A DNA stretch of 64,000 nt from a virus (lineage: Duplodnaviria; Caudoviricetes), in the IMG/VR virus record IMGVR_UViG_3300013296_000013, positions 29,312-93,311 of that record; one strand, 5' to 3'. The translations under genes and the position numbers were made by a program. Below are positions 36,199 through 45,270 of this stretch, in pieces (the first letter of the stretch is position 1; each line of letters starts with the position of its first letter). The notes beneath the pieces are model-generated. The model made no database searches. It was not told the origin of the DNA and saw only the letters and a program-made list of their open reading frames with translations.

Positions 36199-37905
36199 AT
36201 GTGGGAAGCATTATTAGGTCTTCTTGGTAGAGGAGCGGCTACAGCCGAAGGAGCTGTAATAGGAGAGGCAGCTGGTGGAGCAGCAAAAACTGCCTCTAAA
36301 GACGTGCCTGAACTTCTGAAGCATATGGCTTCAGCGACCGCGCAGAATTATGCTAAATCTCCTATTAAAGATCGCACCCAGTCTCCAGCTGAGAAAACAA
36401 TGGATCGCATCTCGGCTATGATGCGCCCTGAAAATTCTGAGATCGCTGACGCCAATAACGATACTGAATCTCATTTCGAAGGAAAATCACCAGTTTTTGA
36501 TCGACCTATTCATAATCCAATAGTAGATCGTGTGATGAATTTAGAAGGCGCTAAAAATCAAGCCGGGCCGGCGGCTAATGATCTTGTTCGTAATGAGTTG
36601 ATAGTTCATTTAGAGCCAGTTCTTAAAGACATATCTAACAATACTTTTAAAACTACCGAATATCTTCAAGAAATCGACTTTAAGATCAATAAGATCTTAG
36701 CTGATGGTGGTGTTAAGAGATTCGAAGAAAATCAAGATAATAAGAGTTCAGATAACGATAATACCGAATCAGATGATAAGCCGAATAAACCAAATGTTCT
36801 TAACCAAGATGATAAGCCGAATATCGTATCTGCTGTAAAGAAGTTAGCTATAGGTGGAGGAATGGCGCTTACTGGTAAGCTTATGAATTGGGCTACAGGC
36901 GGCGATCAAAGCACCGACAATACTCATTCAGGCGGATATGGCCAGGATAAACCAGTTGATCTTGGTAAGGGACTTGGCGCTCTATCTGAGAAATACGAAT
37001 CTGGTGGTTCCGGAGTGTCTACGATATCTTCAGGACAGAATGATCCAAAAGGTGGCGTTAGTTATGGCAAATATCAGCTAGCTTCTAGAACTGGTTCCAT
37101 GTCTGCTTTCATTAATAGTAAAGAGGGACAGCCATTTCAAAAAGATTTTCAGGGTTTGACTCCTGGAACAGATTCATTCAATGCAAAATATCGTGAAGTT
37201 GTAAAGTCGCATGGAAATTCTTTTGATAAAGCTCAACATGATTTTCTTGGTCGCACTCACTATAATGTAGCTCTACAAGAAGCTAAGAAAAATGGATTTG
37301 ACACAGGAGATCGAGCTATACAAGAAGCGATCTGGGCTATGGCTATGCATCTAGGTCCTGCTGGTGCTAAGAAAGCTATCGATTCGGCTTCTTCTAATGG
37401 TGTCTCTAAAAATAAGACATCACAGCTTAATGCTCTATATGAAGCACGAACCAGTTATTGGCAGAGTCACGGGGCTGCTGGTGGACAAGCTGTAGCTAGT
37501 CGCCTGGTGCGCGAGAGACGCGATGCTCTAAACATCGAGAATGGCAATAATATCCAGATGGCAGGTAACCAGGGTAAGGATAACAAAAGAGGCTCAGCAG
37601 GGCTCTCTGGCCACGAAAATCAAGGTAATCCAGGGCAAGCTCAGACTCTTGCTAATAATAATTTATCGGCATCTAGAATAAATCCATCCAATATAGCCTC
37701 AGGCAATAGATCAGGCCTGGGCCAGCAATTAACCCAAAACTCTGCTAAGGAAACCGCTAAGAGTTCTCAGGCTCCACACGTAACGGTTCACACTCCGCAA
37801 CAAACAGCTTCAACATCTCAATCTCCTAAAGCTCCGCCAAGAGGTATACCATCGGCAAGACCAGAAGATCAGAGCATCTGGGAAAAGTATTTCAGCTGGG
37901 CGTGA
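36199..37905 (+). CDS. Baseplate hub/tail-length protein with lysozyme-like muramidase domain (gp29 position)
   Basis: LSEKYESGG...D..GGVSYGKYQL catalytic motif; low-complexity flanks. Confidence 0.7.
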   Translation: MWEALLGLLGRGAATAEGAVIGEAAGGAAKTASKDVPELLKHMASATAQNYAKSPIKDRTQSPAEKTMDRISAMMRPENSEIADANNDTESHFEGKSPVFDRPIHNPIVDRVMNLEGAKNQAGPAANDLVRNELIVHLEPVLKDISNNTFKTTEYLQEIDFKINKILADGGVKRFEENQDNKSSDNDNTESDDKPNKPNVLNQDDKPNIVSAVKKLAIGGGMALTGKLMNWATGGDQSTDNTHSGGYGQDKPVDLGKGLGALSEKYESGGSGVSTISSGQNDPKGGVSYGKYQLASRTGSMSAFINSKEGQPFQKDFQGLTPGTDSFNAKYREVVKSHGNSFDKAQHDFLGRTHYNVALQEAKKNGFDTGDRAIQEAIWAMAMHLGPAGAKKAIDSASSNGVSKNKTSQLNALYEARTSYWQSHGAAGGQAVASRLVRERRDALNIENGNNIQMAGNQGKDNKRGSAGLSGHENQGNPGQAQTLANNNLSASRINPSNIASGNRSGLGQQLTQNSAKETAKSSQAPHVTVHTPQQTASTSQSPKAPPRGIPSARPEDQSIWEKYFSWA

Positions 37906-37914
37906 TTCAAACAC

Positions 37915-37943
37915 AAAAAAGGGGAGTCTGTTAGACTCCCCTT
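37915..37943 (-). terminator. Intrinsic terminator after gp32
   Basis: AAGGGGAGTCT/AGACTCCCCTT stem with U-tract. Confidence 0.85.
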
Positions 37944-37962
37944 AGTTATTTCATCTATATTC

Positions 37963-38913
37963 TTAGTCGTCGTCAGCTAATCTTTGAAAAAAGCCTAAAC
38001 TTTCATCTTCATCGTCAGATGATCCAAATGGACTCGGAGATGCAGATTTAGCTCCAGTCTGACTAATAGACGCTAAAGCAGAATCAGCGTCATCCTCCCA
38101 AGACGGACGCTTAGATTGACGCTGTGCTACTTCAGCGCGCGAATGAGCTGGAGTGCGCTCATCACCAAGTCCAAGAACCTGATCGAGCTTTTTCTTCAGA
38201 TCATCATAGCTCTTGAAGTTCTCAGGCGCTAGAATTGCGTCTAGCGAATGAGTCTGCTTCCAGATTTCTTCAAGATATTCGTCGTTGTCCGAGATAGGAG
38301 AAGCTACGTCGAACTCTGATTTATCGTAATTACGATAACCTTCTACCTGACGAATCTTTAGTTTGAAGTTAGCGCCTTCCCACATATCGAATGGGTTCAT
38401 TGGCTGCTCATCTTCGAACTGTGGGTTCATCTTCTCGTTAAGCTTGTCGAAGATCTTCTTACCGTACTTAAACTTAAAGACCTTACCATTGTTCTCAGGA
38501 TTCGAAGAATCGTTAAGAACTAAGATGTTAGAGACGAAGTGAAGGCGACGCTTCTGCTTACGAGCTTGCTTACGCTCAGAACTATTATCGTCCTGAGATA
38601 CGTTCCAAAGCTTACCGTTGAATTGCGCGACAGGATCTTCCTGTCCGATAGAGGTCAGAGAGTTCTCGATGTACCACTTACCAGTAGGCCCCTGAAAGCC
38701 GTGATCCCAGTAGCGTACATATGGAGAAGTTTCCGAACCGTGTGCAGGTAGAAATCGAAGAACTGCGTAACCGTTTCCTGCTTTATCAACGGTAGGGGAC
38801 CAGAAGGTCTCATCCTTGCTACGCTCATTACCCTTAGCGAGCTTATCTAGATCACTCGATAGCTTATCGAAACTAGACTTACGGTTCTTCTTTAGATCAG
38901 CAAATGATGCCAT
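37963..38913 (-). CDS. Single-stranded DNA-binding protein gp32
   Basis: DKAGNGYAV.RFLP, HGFQG..GKWYIENS, GANFKLKIR, acidic tail. Confidence 0.97.
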   Translation of the reverse strand: MASFADLKKNRKSSFDKLSSDLDKLAKGNERSKDETFWSPTVDKAGNGYAVLRFLPAHGSETSPYVRYWDHGFQGPTGKWYIENSLTSIGQEDPVAQFNGKLWNVSQDDNSSERKQARKQKRRLHFVSNILVLNDSSNPENNGKVFKFKYGKKIFDKLNEKMNPQFEDEQPMNPFDMWEGANFKLKIRQVEGYRNYDKSEFDVASPISDNDEYLEEIWKQTHSLDAILAPENFKSYDDLKKKLDQVLGLGDERTPAHSRAEVAQRQSKRPSWEDDADSALASISQTGAKSASPSPFGSSDDEDESLGFFQRLADDD

Positions 38914-39044
38914 GTTTGTATGTTCTTTCGTATTATTAATATGTTTTCATATGTTTCGTATCCCACATAGTTCATAACAAAGCAAATGTGAGCTTGACCA
39001 GCTCGTATGTCGTAATTCCTTACCGGTCAAGCTCTGTATTTATA
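38914..39044 (-). promoter_or_regulatory. gp32 leader: late promoter, hairpin and A-rich unstructured repeats
   Basis: TATAAATA 39037-39044; stem 38990-38999/39025-39034; ACATA(C/T) and ATACGA repeats. Confidence 0.6.
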
Positions 39045-39072
39045 TCACATTTTTGTAGAATTGTCAACAAGT

Positions 39073-40446
39073 TTATGCATTAGCCCGTTCACGGACTTCT
39101 GCAAGAGTGGTAAGATTGAAGAGCATACCATCAAGGAAACGCAACTTCAATTCACTGAAGACGCCATCTGGTTTATCTTCCATCCGGACGGTTTTGAACT
39201 CACCATCCACGAGGATAAGATCGAGACGACCCTTCTTCGACTTCTTACCACTATCTGTGATCGGGTCTTTGAACACATCGACCCACTCACCATCGATATA
39301 TGCAGCACTGCACTTCATCGCGAACTTCAGATCATCACGGTTATTGATCTGAAGTAGAGCGCCACCCTGGCCAAATACGACGTTATCAGCGCTGTACTTA
39401 GCGAGCATGAGCGTAAACAGAATAGAGCGGATACTCTGATGATTGATACCATCACCCCAGAGAACACGAACGTGATTGAGGACCTTGAAGCCCTTCTCGT
39501 TAGTGACCGAGCCGAAGCCTTCCTCGAGGATCTGCAGGCACTTCTTCAGAACGACAGAAGGATCACCCGAGTCAGGACGTACTACCAGAGTAGCTCCCGA
39601 GTCGATGATCTCTTGCTTGAGCGGACCGGCGTACATCTTGCACGCCTCGTAGATGTCATAACTATCGCTCACGATCGATACGATGCTGCCGGGCTTGCCG
39701 TAGATCTTGATCATATTGCGATAGCTTCCGATCTCGTTCTCCTTCTTCCAGGACGTGACCGTACTGTGTTCCATGGCAGGAACACTGAATGCCGGCATTT
39801 CCTCGGCGTCATAGAACTCTTCGGCGTACTCGAGAGCTGTGACGGTGTCCGTTCCCATGAAGTTGACCAGGTGAGCTAGACCACCGATGCCAGCCGACTC
39901 CCAGCTCGACACACCACGAGCACCGAAGTCGTGGAGCTTGAACGGAAGAAGAGCCTCATCACCACTCTCGCGAAGAGCGTGCTTGATGATCAGCTTGCTA
40001 GCGTAGCTGTTCGAAGCCACCGTGGTAGGATACCAGATAGCACGAAGCAGAGCCGTCTCGAGAAACGATGTGAGCCACCAGCACTTCGGGTCGGTATTGC
40101 GAATCCACAGAAGGATCTGACCAGGCTGAATGACTGTACCTTCGTCGACCGCATGTATCTTGACGGGAAGACGACCACCGTGCTCCTTCAGGATGTATTC
40201 CCATCCCTCACGGTAGAACGGCTCACCATGTTTAGTGATGAGCCGCTCTGCACGATCGATGTCCTTACGCTTGATCTTGCGCTTCAGGTAATCCTTTAGG
40301 AACATCTGAAGGCCAAAGAAGACCAGCTTGTCGTAGATACCGCCACGGCTCTCGATGTACGAGAACACGAACTCCGTCTTGTCGGGGTATTGACAGTACT
40401 GACTGAACTTGTAGCTGTCGCTGTTAAGAATGATGTTTTTACGCAT
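39073..40446 (-). CDS. nadV: Nicotinamide phosphoribosyltransferase
   Basis: SDSYK.S, LHDFGARG, PAMEHS, VSDSYD, VVRPDSGDP, GDGI. Confidence 0.95.
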   Translation of the reverse strand: MRKNIILNSDSYKFSQYCQYPDKTEFVFSYIESRGGIYDKLVFFGLQMFLKDYLKRKIKRKDIDRAERLITKHGEPFYREGWEYILKEHGGRLPVKIHAVDEGTVIQPGQILLWIRNTDPKCWWLTSFLETALLRAIWYPTTVASNSYASKLIIKHALRESGDEALLPFKLHDFGARGVSSWESAGIGGLAHLVNFMGTDTVTALEYAEEFYDAEEMPAFSVPAMEHSTVTSWKKENEIGSYRNMIKIYGKPGSIVSIVSDSYDIYEACKMYAGPLKQEIIDSGATLVVRPDSGDPSVVLKKCLQILEEGFGSVTNEKGFKVLNHVRVLWGDGINHQSIRSILFTLMLAKYSADNVVFGQGGALLQINNRDDLKFAMKCSAAYIDGEWVDVFKDPITDSGKKSKKGRLDLILVDGEFKTVRMEDKPDGVFSELKLRFLDGMLFNLTTLAEVRERANA

Positions 40447-40495
40447 TTGATAAACTCCTTATCAAAGATAGAGGTAGAGCGCCTATCGCTTACCT
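40447..40495 (-). promoter_or_regulatory. Two-hairpin RNA leader motif, copy B (nadV)
   Basis: GGTA-AGCG-ATAGG-CGCT-C-TACC, then TTTGATAA-GGAGT-TTATCAAA-TG. Confidence 0.75.
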
Positions 40496-40675
40496 GACAT
40501 TAATTTGTTTTGTACACTTTGGGCAGTCTATGTAATAGACTTCATCACATCCACCACCATAATCATAGTGGACGAATGATTGAACTTCTGACTGAGTGTA
40601 TTCCAGGATCGAAGCGCAGTTCTTACAAGTGACTCGTTTCACCCATCCTGGATCATGTCCAACGATACTCACCAT
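40490..40675 (-). CDS. Zinc-ribbon protein
   Basis: CKNCASILEY...CPKC. Confidence 0.7.
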   Translation of the reverse strand: MVSIVGHDPGWVKRVTCKNCASILEYTQSEVQSFVHYDYGGGCDEVYYIDCPKCTKQINVR

Positions 40676-41763
40676 TACATTATCAGATCGATGCTAGGAA
40701 CGAAAGACTGGATGATGTCGGCGTGATCGTCGAAGAGGTGTTCACGGCGGACATCGATGAATGGAACCCACTTAGCGGTTTCGGCGTCATCACATCCCTT
40801 CACTTTTGGGAGCTTCCATTCGCCGCCGTTGAGCACGATATGCGCTGCGAACGTAATTGATCGCCCAAGCAGTGAACGATTAGGATGGCAGAAGTCACGA
40901 ATAGATCGGATAGAACCGCGTAGAACCTTTTGCGGTACATCGATCATAGTCTCCTCTGATAATTCACGAAGTATTCCATCGGTCGGCGTCATATCAGGCT
41001 TGATAAAGGTCTTCTCACGATTGCTCCATCCGCCGGCGTTGAAATAACCGCCAGGTAGAGCCCATAGTCCTTTACCAGGACTCGACTTACGCTTGATCAG
41101 AAGGATATGGCCAGCCTGAACGACTACAGCGTCGACCGTGATAGCACAGCTGGGATAGTCAAGACTAGCATAGCTCTTCTTGCGATCATCGATGACTCTC
41201 TTCTCGGCCATAATGTAAGCGAACTCGGGAGTCTCGCGGAATTTCATAAGAAAAGAAACAACCGATGGACGCATGACTCCAGTCAAGAAGCTCGGATTGA
41301 ACTTCTCGCTGAAATACATGTCGCGGATCTGAGTGGCGTCGAGGATCTCGATGAGGTCTATGCCAACTCGCTCCCACTGAGGAAACATCTCGAGATATTC
41401 TTTCGTCTCGAGATCTTTCGCGTGGCCGATCAATCCAATGCGGTCGCTAGGAACAGTGTGTTTAGCGACGTGAGTCTGGATGCGAGCAACCCAGGCGTCA
41501 TAATCATAAAGGGTGTCATGAGTGCACTCGATAACGAACTTCGTTCCAGTGAACTCCTGGATTTTCAGAAGTTCAGGAGCGAGCATCTGCATTCGCTCAG
41601 CTGCAGTCCATGGGTGTTTGAAATCGCGAGGGCGATGAGCCGAACCGAGGATTACTACGACTTGGTTGGCGAGCTTTCCGGCACGTTCGAGTAGTTCGAA
41701 GTGAGCGTTGTGTGGTGCTTGAAAGCGTCCGATGACGGCGAGTGTGTCAAATTGCTTAGGCAT
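40675..41763 (-). CDS. nadM: Bifunctional NMN adenylyltransferase / Nudix ADP-ribose pyrophosphatase (NadM-Nudix)
   Basis: IGRFQAPHNAH; ATQIR; GLWALPGG...RELSEET Nudix box; DDA. Confidence 0.95.
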   Translation of the reverse strand: MPKQFDTLAVIGRFQAPHNAHFELLERAGKLANQVVVILGSAHRPRDFKHPWTAAERMQMLAPELLKIQEFTGTKFVIECTHDTLYDYDAWVARIQTHVAKHTVPSDRIGLIGHAKDLETKEYLEMFPQWERVGIDLIEILDATQIRDMYFSEKFNPSFLTGVMRPSVVSFLMKFRETPEFAYIMAEKRVIDDRKKSYASLDYPSCAITVDAVVVQAGHILLIKRKSSPGKGLWALPGGYFNAGGWSNREKTFIKPDMTPTDGILRELSEETMIDVPQKVLRGSIRSIRDFCHPNRSLLGRSITFAAHIVLNGGEWKLPKVKGCDDAETAKWVPFIDVRREHLFDDHADIIQSFVPSIDLIM

Positions 41764-41829
41764 GGTATCGCAAAACTCCTTTGCGTTATGTAATGGATGA
41801 GCGTCTATCGCTATCCGAGATTATTTATT
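41764..41829 (-). promoter_or_regulatory. Late-type promoter plus two-hairpin RNA leader motif, copy A (nadM)
   Basis: AATAAATA, then GGAT-AGCG-ATAGA-CGCT-C-ATCC, then CGCAAA-GGAGT-TTTGCG. Confidence 0.75.
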
Positions 41830-41872
41830 CGTCGAGATCTGGTTCTTCTGTTTCTTAGAGAAACTCACTCAG

Positions 41873-42091
41873 TCATCCGAAGAATGTACGACCTTGATAT
41901 GTCACTTTCATCGGCGTGATCGGAAGCTCTTTGATCAGCTTCTCTTTTCCAGTGTTCTCATTCACTTCGTAGAGCTGATATAGAGGAACATCTGGAATAT
42001 CATCACCAACTACTAAAGAGTTCCAACACTTCTTAGCGAACTGCCATTCAGTGCTATATCGATTATGTCGTTTTAAAGTCTCATTAGCCAT
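41873..42091 (-). CDS. Hypothetical protein
   Basis: Coupled ORF. Confidence 0.55.
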   Translation of the reverse strand: MANETLKRHNRYSTEWQFAKKCWNSLVVGDDIPDVPLYQLYEVNENTGKEKLIKELPITPMKVTYQGRTFFG

Positions 42092-42351
42092 TAAAAATCG
42101 AACCCCATCTCACGTCGTTGAGTAGTAGTCGTATAATACTTAATGACAGTTCGAAGAGCTTTAACAAATTTCTTCGAATGTTCATAGTTGGTATTAGCAA
42201 CAGCACGAAGATCATCAGAAATAAGATCGTTCTTAGATCTACGCTTTTCAAAATCACGTTCTTTTAACTGGATCTGATAAGAATCAATGAGACTGTTTAC
42301 AACTAGATCTTCAAAGATTTCTAGATCGATATCAATAACTACTTTAGCCAT
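42091..42351 (-). CDS. Hypothetical protein
   Basis: ORF. Confidence 0.6.
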   Translation of the reverse strand: MAKVVIDIDLEIFEDLVVNSLIDSYQIQLKERDFEKRRSKNDLISDDLRAVANTNYEHSKKFVKALRTVIKYYTTTTQRREMGFDF

Positions 42352-42359
42352 ACTATATT

Positions 42360-42938
42360 CTAACTCTGGAATTTGTCAAGGGTTATTTTTTTGAACTTGT
42401 CAAGGTCATATTTCATGAATGGCTGATACTTACGAATCTTTAACGACAAGTTCTTCCATATCGGATCATGTTCCATAACTTTATTCCATCGTGCATAACA
42501 ACCTGTTAGATGCATCAATATGATTAGAGTCTCGATACATATCTCTTTACGGAGATATAATTTGATTATTTCGGGATGACGCCCGTCACTGACTCTAAAA
42601 TTGTCATCGAATGATTGTTCCAGTTTAGAGAGATCTTGTGAGAAGTTGTAACTGAGAGATTGGTTTCGTTTAAGCCAATCTCTGTATTTCCTTTCAGCAG
42701 CGTCAGAGACAAGTTCTCCGGGCCAGATCCTGACATCATCGATAAGATTAGCGATGATATATCCTGTTGGATCTCTTTGTTTTGAAAGTTTTTCGAAGTA
42801 ATAACGATCTTTACGGGATTCGAACGTACTCGCTTTAGCATTTGTTCTACCACCGTATCTAGTAAAATCGTATCCTTCTTTTGTGAAGTGTTGTTTAAGT
42901 GCAAGATAAGTTCGGTAGACATCAAAACCAGTCATCAT
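42360..42938 (-). CDS. Helicase loader gp59
   Basis: YLALKQHFT...YDF..Y.G, RKDRYYFEKL. Confidence 0.9.
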   Translation of the reverse strand: MMTGFDVYRTYLALKQHFTKEGYDFTRYGGRTNAKASTFESRKDRYYFEKLSKQRDPTGYIIANLIDDVRIWPGELVSDAAERKYRDWLKRNQSLSYNFSQDLSKLEQSFDDNFRVSDGRHPEIIKLYLRKEICIETLIILMHLTGCYARWNKVMEHDPIWKNLSLKIRKYQPFMKYDLDKFKKITLDKFQS

Positions 42939-43159
42939 ATGTCTATAGGAAGTCTAGCGGATCTCTTAAGGATGTTCATGTTTTCGGCTTCGATCTGAAG
43001 CTTAGACTTTAAAGCAGCGTCTTTCTTAATGAGTGATGCTGCTGTCTCTATGTCGATATTGTATTTCGAACACACATGAACAACAGCATCGATAATATCA
43101 GATCCACTACGCGTGAGCTTTTCGATCTCTTTAGCCATTTCAAAATTGAATTTAGACAA
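42935..43159 (-). CDS. Late transcription coactivator gp33
   Basis: IDAVV..C....IDIE......LKSKL..EA...N.L. Confidence 0.85.
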   Translation of the reverse strand: MSKFNFEMAKEIEKLTRSGSDIIDAVVHVCSKYNIDIETAASLIKKDAALKSKLQIEAENMNILKRSARLPIDI

Positions 43160-43161
43160 GA

Positions 43162-43425
43162 TTAGCTTTCATTTAGATCTAGATATAAGAGATGATTGTA
43201 ATCCATCCAAAGGATGGTTATAGCTTTGGCCCCAGCAAAATAGAGCATGTATTGAGCAAAAGATAGATCGAAAAAATAAGCAATTCCGACGATGAACATA
43301 TCGGATGCTAGAACTGATAGGATGAACGCGCCTCTAGCAACAGGTTGAGGCGTATAATAGATAGCTTCAGCTACTATGATTCGCGCAAAATACCATCCAG
43401 CAAGAATTAAAATGAACAATATCAT
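43162..43425 (-). CDS. Hypothetical membrane protein
   Basis: Three hydrophobic segments. Confidence 0.55.
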   Translation of the reverse strand: MILFILILAGWYFARIIVAEAIYYTPQPVARGAFILSVLASDMFIVGIAYFFDLSFAQYMLYFAGAKAITILWMDYNHLLYLDLNES

Positions 43426-43637
43426 TTAAGAAATAGTTGTTTCGCGTTATGTGGGTCGTCGCCGTCAGAACTAACAACGGCTTCTAATTGTCTAGCATAT
43501 TCGACCAATATTAAAAGATCATCACTACTAACATTAACGTTTGATGCAGATGTCTTAAGAACTTTTAGTTCGAGATCATCGATGAGTCGTGTCATCTTTA
43601 TATGCTGTTTTGGTGGTGTAGTCTTCTTTGCGCTCAT
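43422..43637 (-). CDS. Hypothetical protein
   Basis: AAGGA SD. Confidence 0.55.
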   Translation of the reverse strand: MSAKKTTPPKQHIKMTRLIDDLELKVLKTSASNVNVSSDDLLILVEYARQLEAVVSSDGDDPHNAKQLFLK

Positions 43638-43741
43638 TTAGGTGGTTCCTTGTTAGAGACCACTTATTTATGTGCGACAACTACTTATGGCATGTTTATG
43701 CTCTTTTGAGAAAAGAATATAGTCTTCAATCAAAGTAAATA

Positions 43742-43816
43742 TGGCGCCCTCGGCAGGAGTCGAACCCGCACCTGATTGTTTAGAAGACAATAGCTCTTCC
43801 ATTAAGCTACGAGGGC
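43742..43816 (-). tRNA. tRNA-Arg (UCU)
   Basis: GCCCTCG acceptor stem, anticodon loop CT-TCT-AA, GGTTCGACTCC T-arm, encoded CCA. Confidence 0.95.
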
Positions 43817-43828
43817 ATGAGAATATAT

Positions 43829-44026
43829 TTAGGAGTTTTTGAACAGAAATTCTAGGATCTTTTCGGATTCTTTGATCACATCGTCCGTAGTGACGATGTG
43901 ATCGTCACTACCTTTATGATGGCCTAGACGCCAAGCTTCGGCTGTTAGTTTGTTTTTGCGATCTAACACATCTTGTGCGATCTGCAAAGCAAACATTTTA
44001 ACTCGGATAGTATCTTCAGTGTTCAT
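43829..44026 (-). CDS. Hypothetical protein
   Basis: ORF. Confidence 0.55.
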   Translation of the reverse strand: MNTEDTIRVKMFALQIAQDVLDRKNKLTAEAWRLGHHKGSDDHIVTTDDVIKESEKILEFLFKNS

Positions 44027-44262
44027 AATTTATTTCGTCTCTGCTTTTCTTTATTAATTTCGTATACTGTATTGCCAAGTTTGCATGTGAATAAGCACAA
44101 TAGCAATGTGATGAACATCGGCCAAAGCACAGCACCAAAGAACAAGACCTCATCATCGAAATTATCTATGCCGTACAGAGCACACGCGAAGAAAGTAGTA
44201 ATCATAGCGCCTAATATATACAGCGCCAAAATGATGATAAAGATCATTGTTTCTTTCTCCAT
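44023..44262 (-). CDS. Membrane protein (W-P motif)
   Basis: 2 TM, LWP. Confidence 0.55.
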   Translation of the reverse strand: MEKETMIFIIILALYILGAMITTFFACALYGIDNFDDEVLFFGAVLWPMFITLLLCLFTCKLGNTVYEINKEKQRRNKL

Positions 44263-44480
44263 GCTGCTTCCTCGGCTTCCTCGTTATGCTTAAGAGCTAG
44301 AGTCTTAATGATGCTAATGAGATAATACCAGAAAGTTAACGGCCAAAAAACAAAAACAACTCCTATTGGAGCATCATCGCTCCCTGGTTCTCCGAATAAA
44401 CGGATCCAACAATAAGAGATGATTAATCCTATGGTCGTATAGATCAGAACAAATATGCTTATGAAGCCAAGAAAAGTCAT
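44244..44480 (-). CDS. Membrane protein (W-P motif)
   Basis: 2 TM, FWP. Confidence 0.55.
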   Translation of the reverse strand: MTFLGFISIFVLIYTTIGLIISYCWIRLFGEPGSDDAPIGVVFVFWPLTFWYYLISIIKTLALKHNEEAEEAAWRKKQ

Positions 44481-44494
44481 AACAAGCCTTTAGG

Positions 44495-44672
44495 AAAAGT
44501 GACGGCTTTCTGTTCCACGGTAGCCGTCGACCGGTGCGGTAGCCGTAGCTACCAAACAGCATTACGCAGCTAGTGCGAAATCCTGTGCAAGGACACTATT
44601 GTCATTTGCATTTATTATGTCAATCGGTTTCAACAATTTTATATCTAGCCAGACGATTCCCAGTACGCCCAC
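44495..44672 (-). ncRNA. ssrA: Two-piece tmRNA, coding piece (5' acceptor strand plus tag ORF)
   Basis: 5' GTGGGCG at 44672; tag 44609-44562 reads ANDNSVLAQDFALAA*; terminal structure near 44500-44550. Confidence 0.9.
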
Positions 44673-44673
44673 A

Positions 44674-45264
44674 TCATAAAATATGATACGGATTAACTAT
44701 CTTCAAATCATTAAGATATAATAACCTACGACTTTGAGAATTTTTACCTTCATCTAAATTCGTAAGTTTTCCACCTTTTCCTATTACTCCAAAGATGTCT
44801 ATGAGTTTGCTCTCTAAAGCAAAAGCTTCGCTAGAAGTTAAATTGCTTTTAACAATAGACACTTCAACATCTTTTCCATGAGTATTAAGACGTTGTTTTA
44901 TTTTACGGTGTGTTTCATTACGATTAACATCATAAGCTCTACTACCAGTTCCCTTTCCAATGTAGAAAGGAAAATGATTTAAACCTAACGTAGCGGCAAA
45001 AGCTACTTTGCCATCACGTTTAGTTTTGAGCAAAACTTTAGATGTATCACAGTGTGCATACACATAATAGTTACGATTTTGATTAGATTTGTCATACAAA
45101 TGAGAAATATCTGTTTCAAGAATATTCATACAAGCATTAAATATTTCTGCCTGTCTCTCAGATGTAGTTTTTCTTTCGGTGTCTAACATTAAAGCTCTAG
45201 ATTTAGCACGTTGCGCTAATTTTCTAACAGCTTCTATATCATCCCAATCTATGTCAATAATCAT
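44674..45264 (-). mobile_element. GIY-YIG family putative homing endonuclease inside the tmRNA intervening segment
   Basis: YYVYAH...PFYIGKG.G.RA...EAFALE..LI..FG...LTN; AT-rich. Confidence 0.85.
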
Positions 45265-45270
45265 AATTTA

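Noticed and set aside
44673-45270. Group I intron in the tmRNA
   Set aside because: Only 7 non-coding nt flank the ORF, leaving no evident room for a ribozyme core; the piece order shows permutation, not splicing
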